Assembly (NCBI RefSeq): GCF_000181795.1
Contig: NW_003526947.1
Coordinates: forward strand, 642,388 to 706,387
Length of the DNA stretch: 64,000 nucleotides
Source of the DNA: Trichinella spiralis
Lineage: Eukaryota
Reading direction: 5' to 3'
A model generated the notes under the pieces. The model searched no databases, was not told the origin of the DNA, and worked only from the letters and a program-made list of their open reading frames with translations. Of the stretch, positions 24,871 through 37,500 are shown piece by piece. Made by a program: the position numbers and the translations under genes. Within the stretch, counting starts at the first letter, position 1. Every line of letters begins with the position of its first letter.

Positions 24871-27800
24871 ATGGACACTGAAGTGGTTTATGAATTTATA
24901 AATGAAAAATGTCCATGGGCAAAACTGCCAAAATACGTCAAACAGGCAAGTTATGGATGCATTATTTGTTTAATGTTTGTCAAATTATTTGGTTTTTGCT
25001 TACAGATCTTGGGCAATTCGGCCAAAGAATACGAAAAGTTGATCCTTGAATACAGTGTGATGAATCAGCTTCGTTATAAAACTAATTTAGGTGCAAAAAA
25101 AAGTTTTTTTAAATTACATTTAAAATTTTGAAATATTTTGTTTTGTGGAAATTTTTAGTACGAGAAGTTCGTAATAATGAAGAACAGTATTACGAACTCA
25201 TGTTGGGCTACAGTCGAGATCATTTGATGCTTTTTCCTTATCATTTGTCAGATGTAATTATTAAAGGACTTCGAGTAACGCCGTTTCAATATTATTCTGA
25301 CATGATGCTGGTAAAATATTTGATTTTTCTTTCTTTGCATTATTTTACAAGTAGTTTTTTCAGGATTTGATGGTCCAAGAGAAAAGTTATGACACCCTTC
25401 CAAATTTTACCGCTGCTGATTGTAAATAATAATTTTTTTTTAATTAATTTTGTTTTTTTCTTTTGTTTTATTTTTCAATTCAGGTTTACGCTTGTTGGGA
25501 ATTGGTCGAAATCGTTATATTAATTTGATGAATGATTCTCGTTCTGTGAAAGTTAGCTGAAAAAATTTATTAAAATTATATTGTTGTTGTTGTTGTTGTT
25601 GTTGTTTGTTTTTGTAGAAGCAAAATCGACAAAAAACTGTTCGTTCGCTTCTTCCCCACGTACCAATAAAAGTTGACATCCAACCGTGGTGGATTGTCCA
25701 GAACGGTAGTATTCTTGTCAACGATGTTCGAGTAAAATTTAAAAGTATTTAATAACATTTTTTTATTTTGAAAAGGAAATTTTGTTTTCTTTTTTAGCAC
25801 CTACCGAAGGAGGAAAAAATGGTTATTGATCATGTAATTGATTCAGGACCGACAGAAGTTGCTAATTTTGATATGGACGTGATTCAAAGTATATATATAT
25901 ATATTTGTTATTATTTAAATTTATTTGCTCTTTTAAGATTTGTACAAGAGGGGATTGATTTATTTCGACGTTCCTGTTTCGAAAGAAGATCGCATTGTCG
26001 GCAAGTTTAATTTTAAATTTGAATTAAATTTAAATTTGAATAATTTTACGTTTGGATCGTTTCAGTACCAACTCTGGACAATTTTGTAATGAACAGACTT
26101 ACCGGTGACTACTTTGAACGTACGTTATATAAAATTTTTGTATCCATGGATAAACATACGAACGCTGAACAGGTTGTTTTTCTTCATAATATTGTGATTA
26201 TTTATTCAGTGGTGAATTTTACACATTTTTCAGCTTGCTCAAGTTCTTCGAGTGGATTTGAATTTAGTTTTGGTAATGTTTGTTTTATTCTTCTTCTGAT
26301 AGAATAATTGGATTGTTAAATATTGTCTACATTGGACAATTTAGAATGCAATATCCGTCTTTTATCGTCTGGGTATTGCTTACAGAGCTCCTGCGGAATT
26401 GGAAATTCAGCCGAACAGATCAACTGACGTTGGCTTGAACAGTTCAAGAAAACAATCTGGAGAAGGAAGTTTGGTTGATTTATTCTACGACGAAATGATT
26501 TCAGATTGCAACTCGAAATTGTCACTTCAAAATCAGAACATTCATTCCAGTGAGCCTCTTTCAAATATTCAAATTTTTTTTGAAATTATTATATTTGTAA
26601 TTTTTGTAAAAATGTTATTTTGCAAATTTGAATTTTAATTCGTTTTTTGTTTGTTGTAATTTCAGACGCCGATATGTGTACTTCTTCGACAGTTGACAAT
26701 TTGGAAAGCAAACGAATTGCTTTCATGTTCGATTCTTCACTTACGGCAATTTTAATGATGGGCAATTTATCCAACGTGAAAAATATGATGCTATATATAT
26801 TTTTTTTTAATTTTTTAATTATCTTTGAAGGGTTTGAAATGTCATGCGGTTACATTGTTCGAAGTTGGCAAATTGGGCGATGAATCTTTGAATTCTTTTT
26901 TGTCCGATTTAGCAGAAGTAATTAATGATGATTTGGCTTCTTTTTTTCGCAATCTTCAACTTCATCGTTGGCATTCATTTGCATAGGCGCCATGTTTAAC
27001 TGATGTGGAAATGGAACGTCATAATGAATATTTGCAAGTGCTTCGTTGTACAATTGAATATCTTCGCTCGTTTGCCGAACTGGACTTGATACGTTGTGGA
27101 AGTTTGCTTGGCTTGGATAGCGCTGCTCGAATGCGGTTGCTTTGCAAAAATTACAGGTCTTGCTGTTGCTCGAATTGCATTGCAAATTGTCTTTATCTCT
27201 AAAAATATCCACTCATTTTCAGGCTACTTATTTCGATGGCTCCTCTGAGAATCGACGTGAGCCTGATCAATCCATCCGCCGTGGCTACTATTGGCTCTTT
27301 GAATGCTGAAGTGAATTTTCGAATATTTTTTGTTCTTAATTTTTAAATATTCTTCATTTTTTCTTTTATTAGTTTACATCACCCTGGTTCCAATTGTACA
27401 TTTACAAGACAATAGGCAGTGGTCCTTTGTCATTACTTTTACGCAGAGGAACAAGACTGAAATGTCTACCCAATCCTTTCAAAGTATGCATATAAATATT
27501 TTTCTTTTAATTGAATGAAATTTCCTCCCAATGTGATTGATCCATTTTTTTAATTTTAGAAATATTCTCACTTGATAGTAACTTCGTGGGCACATGATCC
27601 TACAGTAATAACAATAAATTCTTGCCTGTTTACGATCAATGAAATGTTGCAGCACAATGCAGTATTTGTTCAGGTTTGTATATTTGGTTTTTGACCGAAA
27701 TCAGTGGAGAGAATGGATTTTCAGGCGACGAATTGTTCGTTGGAAGATTTACAAATTTTGCATATTCCATTTCCTGAAAGCGTGCAGAAACGTACCGTTG

Positions 27801-28534
27801 ACGAAGAGTTAACAACAACGACAACGACAGGTGAACGAAAAGTTCCCAGTATATATATATATATTATTAAGAGTTAATTGATTGTGATGAAGTTATTTCA
27901 GGTTCACTTGAACAACATCCGTATTTTTGGAAAATAGTCGAATTGCTCGATTTGACAGCAACTTGTGGCTATGTGACAATGATTCGAATTGGATGCAGTT
28001 CGAAATTACATTGCGGAAAGTCGCAAAAAGAGGCAGAGGGGGAGGATGGGAAAAAGCGCGGCTTGATGATGACGTTCGGTCCAAGCGCAATGAACAGTAA
28101 AGATCCACGCAAAACGCCGTCCACTTGCAATTTGGACACTGTTGACCACTACTGTTGCTGGACATTGTACGACTGTATATTCGGCGTGCCGTTGTTCGAC
28201 AAGCGACTGAATGAGAGCATCTGTGAAAAGCTTCTCACATTTCAGCTGGTCAATTCCACCAACGCCAAATCGTTGCTAACGTCCAATACGAACCTGCTCC
28301 ACCAAGTCAAAGCATTCATAGCGAACTATCAAGTTTGTGTGGAAATTATTAATTTAATGCAAAAAATTTTTTCCAATTTCGATTGCAGAAGACGAGCGGA
28401 TTCAATGATTTTGTTTCGTTCATTTCTAGGCCGAATCCGTCCCACAGCCGAGACACGGCGACGACAATGCGGCACCGTATCCGGAAGTGAATTTGCTATA
28501 CCACGAAGGGGAAGTGACGATTTGGGATGTTTGA
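24871..28534 (+). CDS. FAM91A1: FAM91A1 (WDR11 complex, endosome-to-TGN tethering), many small exons
   Basis: [122 protein letters not shown]; last exon ends YHEGEVTIWDV* at 28534. Confidence 0.93.
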
Positions 28535-28880
28535 TTCGAATTTCCATTTCAACTGATTGATGGCAATTTTGGAAATTGTTCTCGTTCGAAATATCCAAAT
28601 CCAAATTTGATCAATTCTTGTCCGTTTTTCTTTTTTCTTCTTTTCCAACAATTGTTTCAACAAATACGTCCTGTTGTTGCACAGTGATTGATTGAAGAAG
28701 AATAAAATGAGTAAGTTGTGAGGGAAAAAAAATATATGTATATATATATATATATAGATGCGGTGATGAATTTTGTTGTTGTTGTTGTTGTTATTTACAA
28801 ATAATTTTTCAAATTGTCCAATGGACGTTGAGAATGCAAAAAAGACTAACCCCAACTACGGACGACCTGGTCAATTTCCA

Positions 28881-31743
28881 TTTCAAAGGGAGCATATAGA
28901 CGACGAACAGTATATGAATGGATCATCTCGATTTGGCGTGCATTTTCCCACCGCAAGTATTCTTTCTTTTTTTTGTCAAAAAGCATCGATAGCCCCAGGT
29001 CATCGACGGTCACCGCTGCTCGACAACATCGTAGCAAGTGGAAAAAGTAAAAAAAAAATCTACTCCACTACTCCAAACGATCATAATAAAATGGATAAGA
29101 AGAAATCAAGCAGGTTTCGAATAGAGCCAACAAACCAACGTTGGCCTTCTGTCCTTGTCCCCTTTCAGAGTAGCCCTGCCCGCCGGTGTGTAATGTCCAT
29201 TCTTTTAGCCTCCTCCTCTTGTGTTCATCTCTTGCCCTCGGTGGGGCTATTGTTCTCGTTGTTCTGTGTGTGGTTGGGGGGAAGGGGGAAGGTTCGCTTG
29301 CGTCGCTAGTGTCGGAATGGGCCAGCGGAATTCGCTTGTATTCACCGTTACTCGCAGCGGTACTGCATCCATACTGTGGGATTTTTTCGCCTTTTCTTTC
29401 CAATCGCGGTCAGCGGTCTAGACGGTCACCACCGAACTTGGCCTGCCATTCGACCCGCAGACGATATGAGCTCCGTTCTACGCAAATTGGTAAGAACCGA
29501 CAGAATTTTTGTTTTTTTTTACAATATTTTTTTTCCATTTACAACACAACAACGACTTCAGTGGATTTTAATTCGTTTCAAATTTGCATGTTTTTCTTTG
29601 TGCAACCTTTGATTTTTTCGAAAAATAACCAATACAAATTGCATTGGTGGTATTTTCTTTCGCATTGGATTTAATTTGAAATTAATGCAGTGTTTGTTGT
29701 TCACGTTTTTTTTTCCAACGAAATTTCTTATTCTATTGTTGAAATTAATTCTGGTCTACATTGGAGGAAGAGAACAATCCACCATTGCGTGGAATCAGTT
29801 GGAATAATTTTTTTTTGAAAAATTATTTTTTTTCCATTATTTACCCCACTGTTATGGCAGAAAAAGAGGCGGGAGAAGTGGATTGTTGTTTTTGTAATTC
29901 GATGTGCAGGTGCAAATTTTGTTTTTCCAAATGGCATTCAAAGGTACGACGAAAAACAAAAACAACAACATCATTTTGTGCATGTAATTATCAAATTTCT
30001 GTTTATGTTATTCAACTGATTTTAAATTTAATATTGTTGTTGTGAAAAACAAAAAATCACTGTTCTCTCGTGAATAGATTTCAAAGCGATTACATATTTA
30101 TATGTGCAAATAGATGTTTTCAACATACGTCTGTATGTACAGATATGTTGAAAAGCATGCCAGACGTGATCGTAAAATTGCGCTTCTCATGGTGGATCAT
30201 GCAAATTAGGTCATCACATTGTCAATGTAGGTCAAATGATTTCGCTGACCGATCCGCCGAATCCGATCCGATCCGATCCGATTGTACGGTTCATTTCCAT
30301 TGTACTACTCGGTCCACAAGTGCAGATGGTGCAATTGGGCAAATGGCGGTCAGTAGAAAGTGAGTCGGCCGGTTCGGCGGCAGGTCGGGTCGAATGTGTC
30401 AAAGCGGCGCCGCTTATGCGCGCGGTTCATCTTTTATGACCATCAACTGGACCAATCAATCCGCATTAGCAATTAATTATTCATTCGTTGACCAGCAGCT
30501 ATTATTATTATTATTATTATTATTATTTTCCATCCAAGCTAAACGGCACTGCTTTGTAGAATAACTATAGACATTCATTTTCCCTTCGTCTAACGGCTAC
30601 AACTTTCCAACTAACTGCAATGGTGAATATTCTTTTACTCATCTGATATTCATAATTAACTTTTGAAAAACAAACGTATGAATTGATTTTTATTTTATTT
30701 TATTTTATTTGTTTTTTTGCAAGTGATATATATGTGTAGGATGAGGGAATGAAAATGATGCAAGATGTGTGTGTGATTATTTATGCTTTTGAAATTATCA
30801 ATCTTAATACGTATAAAATTGTATTTTTATGTTTGAATTGTGGTTGATAATAGTATGTGAGGGGGAAAAATAGTTTACAGTTTGTCGACTGGTGACCTCA
30901 GTGAATGGGATATTTTTCAATGGGCAGAAGAAGATGAGGGGGAAGGGGGAGTTTGAGGTCGAAATGCCTGCTTGATGGCGTCGTTAGCTGGCTGATGGTG
31001 GTGGTGCATGAAGCATAAATTGTACAAATATTTATTCGACGTTGAACAACACTCTGACGCCCCGTTGCAACAATGCCGATCGCTGCTAACGTTAAACAGG
31101 ATCCGTCGAAAAAAGGCCGAAAGGTTAACTAACGTTCACTGCTGCCTGCGCGTTGCTTTTCTTCGACAGTACATCAACAGCAAAACAAATTATAATAATT
31201 ATAATCTTTTTTAAAAAAAATTCTGTATTATTTATTAAACTTGATTACGATTGTCGATTTAAATGCAAAGATGAAAAATGTTCCAATACATTTTTTGCTT
31301 ACTGTTGGATATTTTTTTGTTGTGAAATTTCATTTTTATGTTAATATGTTGTTCAGAAATGGGATATGGAAACAAACACGAATAGCAGCAGTTTATTGGC
31401 TGTTGTTGTTGTTGTTGTTGTTGTTCGAGTTTAGCGGGGGTGGAATAAAGGTTGACATCACTGAGGGCTTTTAGTAGTGTTGGCGCCGGCAAGCTGTTTT
31501 GAATCGTGACGCGGTTTTGTTTTCATTGTCCATGTTCAAAAGATGCCGACATCAATTTACCTGTTTTCCATTGGCCAATTGTTCGTCGGTCTCGGTTGAC
31601 TGTAATTAACCGCACGCTGGCGGCGCTTTGCACGGCGCCGGCGGTTTGATTAGAGCACCGCAGGCGGCCGTTGATTGGTCCGTTCGACAATTGACAGATC
31701 CTTTCATTCTCGACTGATCCACTCACCGTGGACGTGCTTTGTT
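28881..31743. promoter_or_regulatory. Candidate Wnt-response elements (TCF HMG sites plus Helper sites) upstream of and within nkd intron 1
   Basis: CCTTTGA-type sites at 28881-28889(-), 29606-29614(+), 29936-29944(-). GCTTTG-type sites at 30080-30087(-), 30398-30405(-), 30551-30558(+), 31736-31743(+). Exact GCCGCCR on the minus strand at 30375-30381 and 31618-31624. Confidence 0.5.
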
Positions 31744-34517
31744 TGACAATTGCGGCGACCTCTGATTTCTGATCCATTTTTTTTCTTTCTTTATTCCATT
31801 CTTTACCACTGTACGAATGGTTAATTATTATTTTCATTTTTGTCCTGAATTATTGAAAAAATATCTCTGTGTCATATTTCACTTGCTGTTTGTTGTATAG
31901 ATTGTAAGTTTTTTTTTCTATTTTGTTTTCATACATTCTATTATGAATTTTTCAAATTCATTTCTTCGACAATGTGGTGAATAATTATTGTTGACTATTG
32001 TGGACTTTGCCGTACGGCGAATCGGTAGGGATTGAAGAATTGTGAACGATCCACTGAACAACCGACACTTTGACTTGGAGAGTCATTTTGCATTGAAAAA
32101 TAATATATACATATATATAAATATATAATATAGAAAATTAATTGATTCGTTGTTGGTAAAATTAGCGGGGAAAGGTTTTTAATATTAATAATCTTAAATT
32201 ATTGTGGTGGTGGTTGCAGAGAACGAATTGAATTTTAAAAATTGTTGCAACAATTTCTGGGACCATGTAGTGTAGTTTTGCATTTGTTGTTGTCGAATAT
32301 GCGTTGGGTTGGGTTGGGATTGAAAATTTTCTACTCTATTAATTGTTGATTTTTTTCCAGGTAACTCGCACCAGTAGAAGCAACGTTGGCAAAGTGGACA
32401 TTGCTGCGAATACAAGCAATACAATTATCATGAGAAGGCCTTTCGGGATTGGCGGAACGAAGTCGATCAAATTTTCAAGTATACGATTTGATTAGAAAAG
32501 AGCAAATTATTATTGTTATTGTTGTAATTTTTTTAAAAAATAAATTTCCATTTTTTTGCAGATGCATTGGCAGAAAATTGCGAAGGTGATAAAGTGAAAT
32601 TGTTGTCGGTGATATCCCATACGGACAGTTCCAATTCCACGTCCACTGGTGAATTGTTGCCCTGCTCGGACGGAAATGAGACCGTCTCGCAGACAACCGA
32701 AGAAGATTGCTATGACACAATTTTGAAAGAAGCTCTGGTCAACGCGAAATCGCCGTGCCATGGTCACGCGGACGACAGCAGTACCACAACCACCACCGAA
32801 CCGCTTTATCAGCAGCCGTGTGATTTTTCTCGCAATAAAATATCCACCACCTGCAACGACAACAAATCCAAACAACCAGTCATGCATACTGCTAAAAATG
32901 GACAAGTATTCTTCTTATTATTATTATTATTATTATGCTTTTGGAAATGATTGAAAAAAATTTCAGCGCAATTGCAAAAATTTGAAAATGCACGAAGGTC
33001 AAGAATGGGTATTCACGTTGTACGATTTTGACGGAAAAGGAAAAGTTTCCAAAGCGGTAAGCTGACTTGATCATAATCATCAATAAGCGGAATATTTGTT
33101 CATTAATACTATTATTATTATCATTATTCAGAATTAACAAAAACCATACAGTGTTTGTTGTTCATCTCATTTTCTATGCTGAAAGAACAAAACAACAAAT
33201 AAAAAAGGACCATTGTTCACCTTGACATTAATTTTTTCTTTTTAAAAAAAAGAGGAAAATTGAATTTTTCACGTCATCATTCTCTTTTTGACTGAGCAGA
33301 ATTATTATTACTTTTTATTCGATAATGTCCACTGATTTGAATAATTCAATTGAATGAATCGAGCAAAAAATAAAACAGCAGAGAATTTAAATTGAAGTTG
33401 TCGGTCAGAGAGGAATGTTAATATTGTTGTTTCGTTGCAGGATATTCTCAGTTTGGTGCGGTCGATATACGACGTCTTGGGCAGCGCGAAGTTGCCGATG
33501 CGCGCCAACGTCGGCGCTGGCCACACCGGCGACCCCAAGACCAGTGGTCAGCCGATGGGCGCGTTCAAGATCAAATTGTCGGTCGTGCCGGACGGCGAAG
33601 CTCTGCCGGACGGTGAAGCGGAACGGACCAAAAATGCATCCCGAACACCGGTAGCCAACGGGCCACGCCCACTGGCGTCTGGTCGTCCCAAGGGGCGCCA
33701 CGGTTGGGCTTGCGGGCCGTTGCAAGCGGCGAAGTCGAAAATTTGGGAAGCGGCTGCGCTTGAAAACAAACCCTGCCGGTCTTGTCCCCACAGAAATTAT
33801 GTAAATTTGTCCGAGTTGGAAAGCTGCTGCCGAGACGGCGGCTGCGCATCGTTCAACGCCACCTCGGCGCCTCGCTTACGTCACTGCGACCGGCACTGTC
33901 ACTGTCCGCCGGCTCACGCCACGCCTCGTCACGTGAACTCCCAAGCCCATGCCCACGCCGCCACTTCTCGACCGTTGCTCGCCCACGCACGCTCCGCGGC
34001 GCGTCGAGCTCATGGAAATGCGAACGAAGCCGAATACGCGGCAATAAGATCTTGTTGTACGAACAAAGTTGTTGCCGACTGTGGACCAGGCTCATCTCCG
34101 TCGGCGAATGTCGACCGTCGCAGCACTGGCAACAACAACAACAACAACAGCAACGGATACTATTACTACTACACGAGAGCTCCGACGGCAACGATGCCAA
34201 CGCCGGTGGGAAAATTGTCGTCGTCCGAACGAAAATGCTCACCGGCCTTGAACGTCGACAAGCAGTTGCTTTTGGTGCACGACAAGCCGAACCGTGTTGC
34301 GGTGGTTCATCGACATTCAAAAATGGCAGCTCGTTCCAACCGGCTCGACAAAAGCATGCAAATCCGACCTACTGTCGCTGCTGGTGCTGCTGACCACACC
34401 CCCAGGAACAGCGGTGGCCGACGTCCGGATACTGCAGCCGACTGTTCAACTGGAGGACTCTACTTCGAGCACCGACACTACCACGAACATCACCACCACT
34501 ACTATTACAACTGCTGA
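29466..34517 (+). CDS. nkd: Naked cuticle homolog (Dishevelled-binding Wnt feedback inhibitor); exons ~29466-29489, 32361-32478, 32562-32905, 32967-33056, 33441-34517
   Basis: Spliced EFX domain QEWVFTLYDFDGKGKVSKA|DILSLVRSIYDVLGS...FKIKLSVVPD matches NKD1 QEWTFTLYDFD..GKVTREDI.SL..TIYEV...VKLTV.PD. HRNYVNL resembles the RNHYLDL motif. C-terminal His-rich EHRHYHEHHHHYYYNC. All exon phases are consistent; the first two exons are less certain. Confidence 0.92.
30249..30283. repeat. Short (GATCC)n pentanucleotide repeat
   Basis: ccgatccgccgaatccgatccgatccgatccgatt is visible. Confidence 0.75.
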
Positions 34518-37500
34518 CTCGCTTCGCAACCACAACAACAGGTTAGATTTTCCCATTTTGTTCGTGCCGCTTCCCTTGGCCTTACTATTGATATTTACTT
34601 GTTTTTTTTATTCAAATTTGTTTACTGTTTTTGCTTACTTCTTTGGTTACTATTTTTACGAGATGCCTACCTAGCTAGCTGTCTAAATGTCTGTCTGTTT
34701 GTCGATCAGTGCACATGGATGTAAATTTTGAAAGGAATTCTTCTTCTTTTTTTAAATTTGAATTATTGAATATATTTCATTTCAATAAATATCCCTTTCG
34801 ATTCTGTTTTTTTAAATAAAATTTACACCAATTTGATTTTGTTTTTTAACTTTTTTGTCAGAAAATTGTAATCTGAACAAAAATAATAAAACCAGAGAAA
34901 TACACAACAGGCGTATGGACACAAATGTGTTGTAAATTTGGAAGGAATTTTTAAAATTATTTTATTTATTATTAGCTATCGAAAAAAAGCAACCATCGAA
35001 CGTCACGTTTCCATGCAAACGGACAGACGGAGAGGGAAAAATAATTTTTCATCGCAATTTTTCATTTTTAATGAACACGCACCGCACCTGTTGTTGCGCT
35101 GTATTCATACATTTGAATATTGTATTGCATTCATTGCACAATTGAATAACAATAATTGTTCATCATCATCATCATTATTATTACTGTTATTCAGTTTTCA
35201 CCAAACACAATGCAAAATTGCTTCCTCATTATTATTCTTTTTATTTCTTTTTTTTCTGAATAAGAAAAAATTCATTAGTGTAAATTTCCATTTCCATTAT
35301 TACAAATTAAAATTCTACTTTGAGATCGAATCGACTATTACGTGAAGAAATTTCTTTTTTCATTTTGCTCACTGACGCAACATTTTCTTCACGTTTCGCT
35401 TTGCTCTTCGATTGGTTCAAAAATATTCCAGTGCTTCTTCGATCTGCTGGCTTTTGTTTAAGAAACTGAAAATTCCACTCGCAGGCATCGCAACCATCTC
35501 ATTTCTATTCAAATTTCTTTTCCAATCAAATAAATATCCTTTCCAACATTGCACAGAAATGAATAATACTTGATTTTTTTATTACGGTATCTTTCGTGTT
35601 TTTATCTGAGGAGTAATTTTTATATTTTTTATGATGGAAAACCTTTGCAATTTGCTAGTGTAAATTTGGACAAAATTCGAATTGTTGCCGAAAGCAGAAC
35701 GGCATAAATTGAATCTATCATTATTACTATTATTATTATTGTTGTTGTTGTTGATACGTGTTGTTTGTAGTTGATGAAAAGAGAAGCAACAACAATAAGA
35801 TGGTCAGTTGTGTTTGACGTCAAAATATTTTATACAACACAAACAAGAGTGCGTTTTATTATAAAATTGCAAAATACAATTGTATTCATTTATTGACAAT
35901 AAATGTCAGCAGAATGTAAATTCAGTTATCAGAAATTTGCCAAGACCAGTTGAATGGAAAAATGATGGCCATGCATTCATTGGTGGCAGTATTATTTCTT
36001 TCCCTTTCAAAACCCACAAAACAGATAAATGTATGTATTTGTGTGTGTGTGTGTTTGTAAAGTTTTTCTTTTCATTCAATGAAACAAATTGTCCAAGGTG
36101 TACTGTAAATTGTGGAGAGAACTGAAGTGATTTAATTTGTATTTTCAAGAATCAATAATGCAAAGTTTGTTCGCTTGGTTGTTTTTGATGCAGAAAAGAA
36201 AAAAAGAAGAAAATCATCAGTGGAATTCAAATCAGAAGCATTTTTCTTATTTTTTCTATTCAAATTTAAAAATAGAAGAACAAGAAAAAATTTTCAACGC
36301 ACCGTTTTCAAAATCTCTCTGTCCGATAGTTTAATGTTCGTCCAACATTTCCAAGTAGGCATTTTGACAATTTTATCATCGCATGATCAAAAATTTATAA
36401 TTTTCCATAATTTTTCCATCATCCATTATTGATATTATTCAGAAAAATAGAACACCTGCTAAAATACGTAAAACGTGACGTAATAATATGTGAAATCACG
36501 AAAAGGAAATTCAACGTCAACGCGGCAGAGGATCATTTGTTCGACAAAATCTCTACGCATAAAAAATGCTTGCTATTATATATATATATATTTTTTTTTT
36601 GCATTTTCAGTTTGTTTCACATTTCAACATCAAGCGAAGGTGTGTGGCTTTTGGCGGTTCTATTTTATTTTTAATATTTTTCATATTCGTCAAAAATTTC
36701 TCCAAACCAATCCAACTTGATCTTCTTCTTCTTCTTCTTCTTTCTATTATGATTTCATAAAAATTTGAAAAGTGAGAAAAATTAATTTTTCATATTAAAT
36801 TTTTTACGTCACGTATTTCCCGGTTAAATATTGTTTAAACACCATAAATAATAGCGATTTTTCGTTTGTCTGGTCAATTTAGAAATATTTAAAAAGAAAA
36901 AAAAATAAAATTATACTTGGAAATTATGTTTTTTTTTCTAACTTCTGTTCCTGCATTTTAGTTACTGTTTGTTTGTTGTGGATCTTTTTGCATTTGAAAA
37001 TGTTTAATGGGGAAAAAATAATTGAAATAAAAAAAATATTATTAATACAGATAATGAATAATAAATTATGAAAGGGGAAAGAATAGTTTTATAAAAAGTG
37101 CGGTTATTGATCATTTGGTTGGTAAAGAGTCAAGGAGGTGTAAAGTTTTGGACGGACATAAATAGGTCGCATAAAACAGTCGTTTGACCTTGAAAATGAA
37201 GGTGTTTATAGGTGATGTCAGTTTATGCATGAAATTTTCTGTTAATTTTTGCTTTTTTTTAAAAAAAAGAAGAAATTAATAATTCATGTTGAAAATTGGT
37301 AAGGATTAGTGAAAATTTTTCATGTTATTGTTGTTTGGATTAAGGAAAAAACAATTAATGATGATGCCTTGATTGAGGTCAACGTGTGGAGCAAAACGGT
37401 TGTGCTTTTTGTTCGATGAAAATGATGATGGTGATCAATAAAATTTCCATGAAAGCAAAAGCGTTTTAATGCTTTTGTGCAATGATTGTCATTTAGCTCG

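Noticed and set aside
28773..29674. Overlapping ORFs of 63-178 aa on both strands
   Set aside because: Better explained as the GC-rich nkd promoter/5' UTR and exon 1; no family motifs.
33405..34393. Antisense and alternate-frame ORFs in the last nkd exon
   Set aside because: Shadow ORFs of GC-rich coding sequence.
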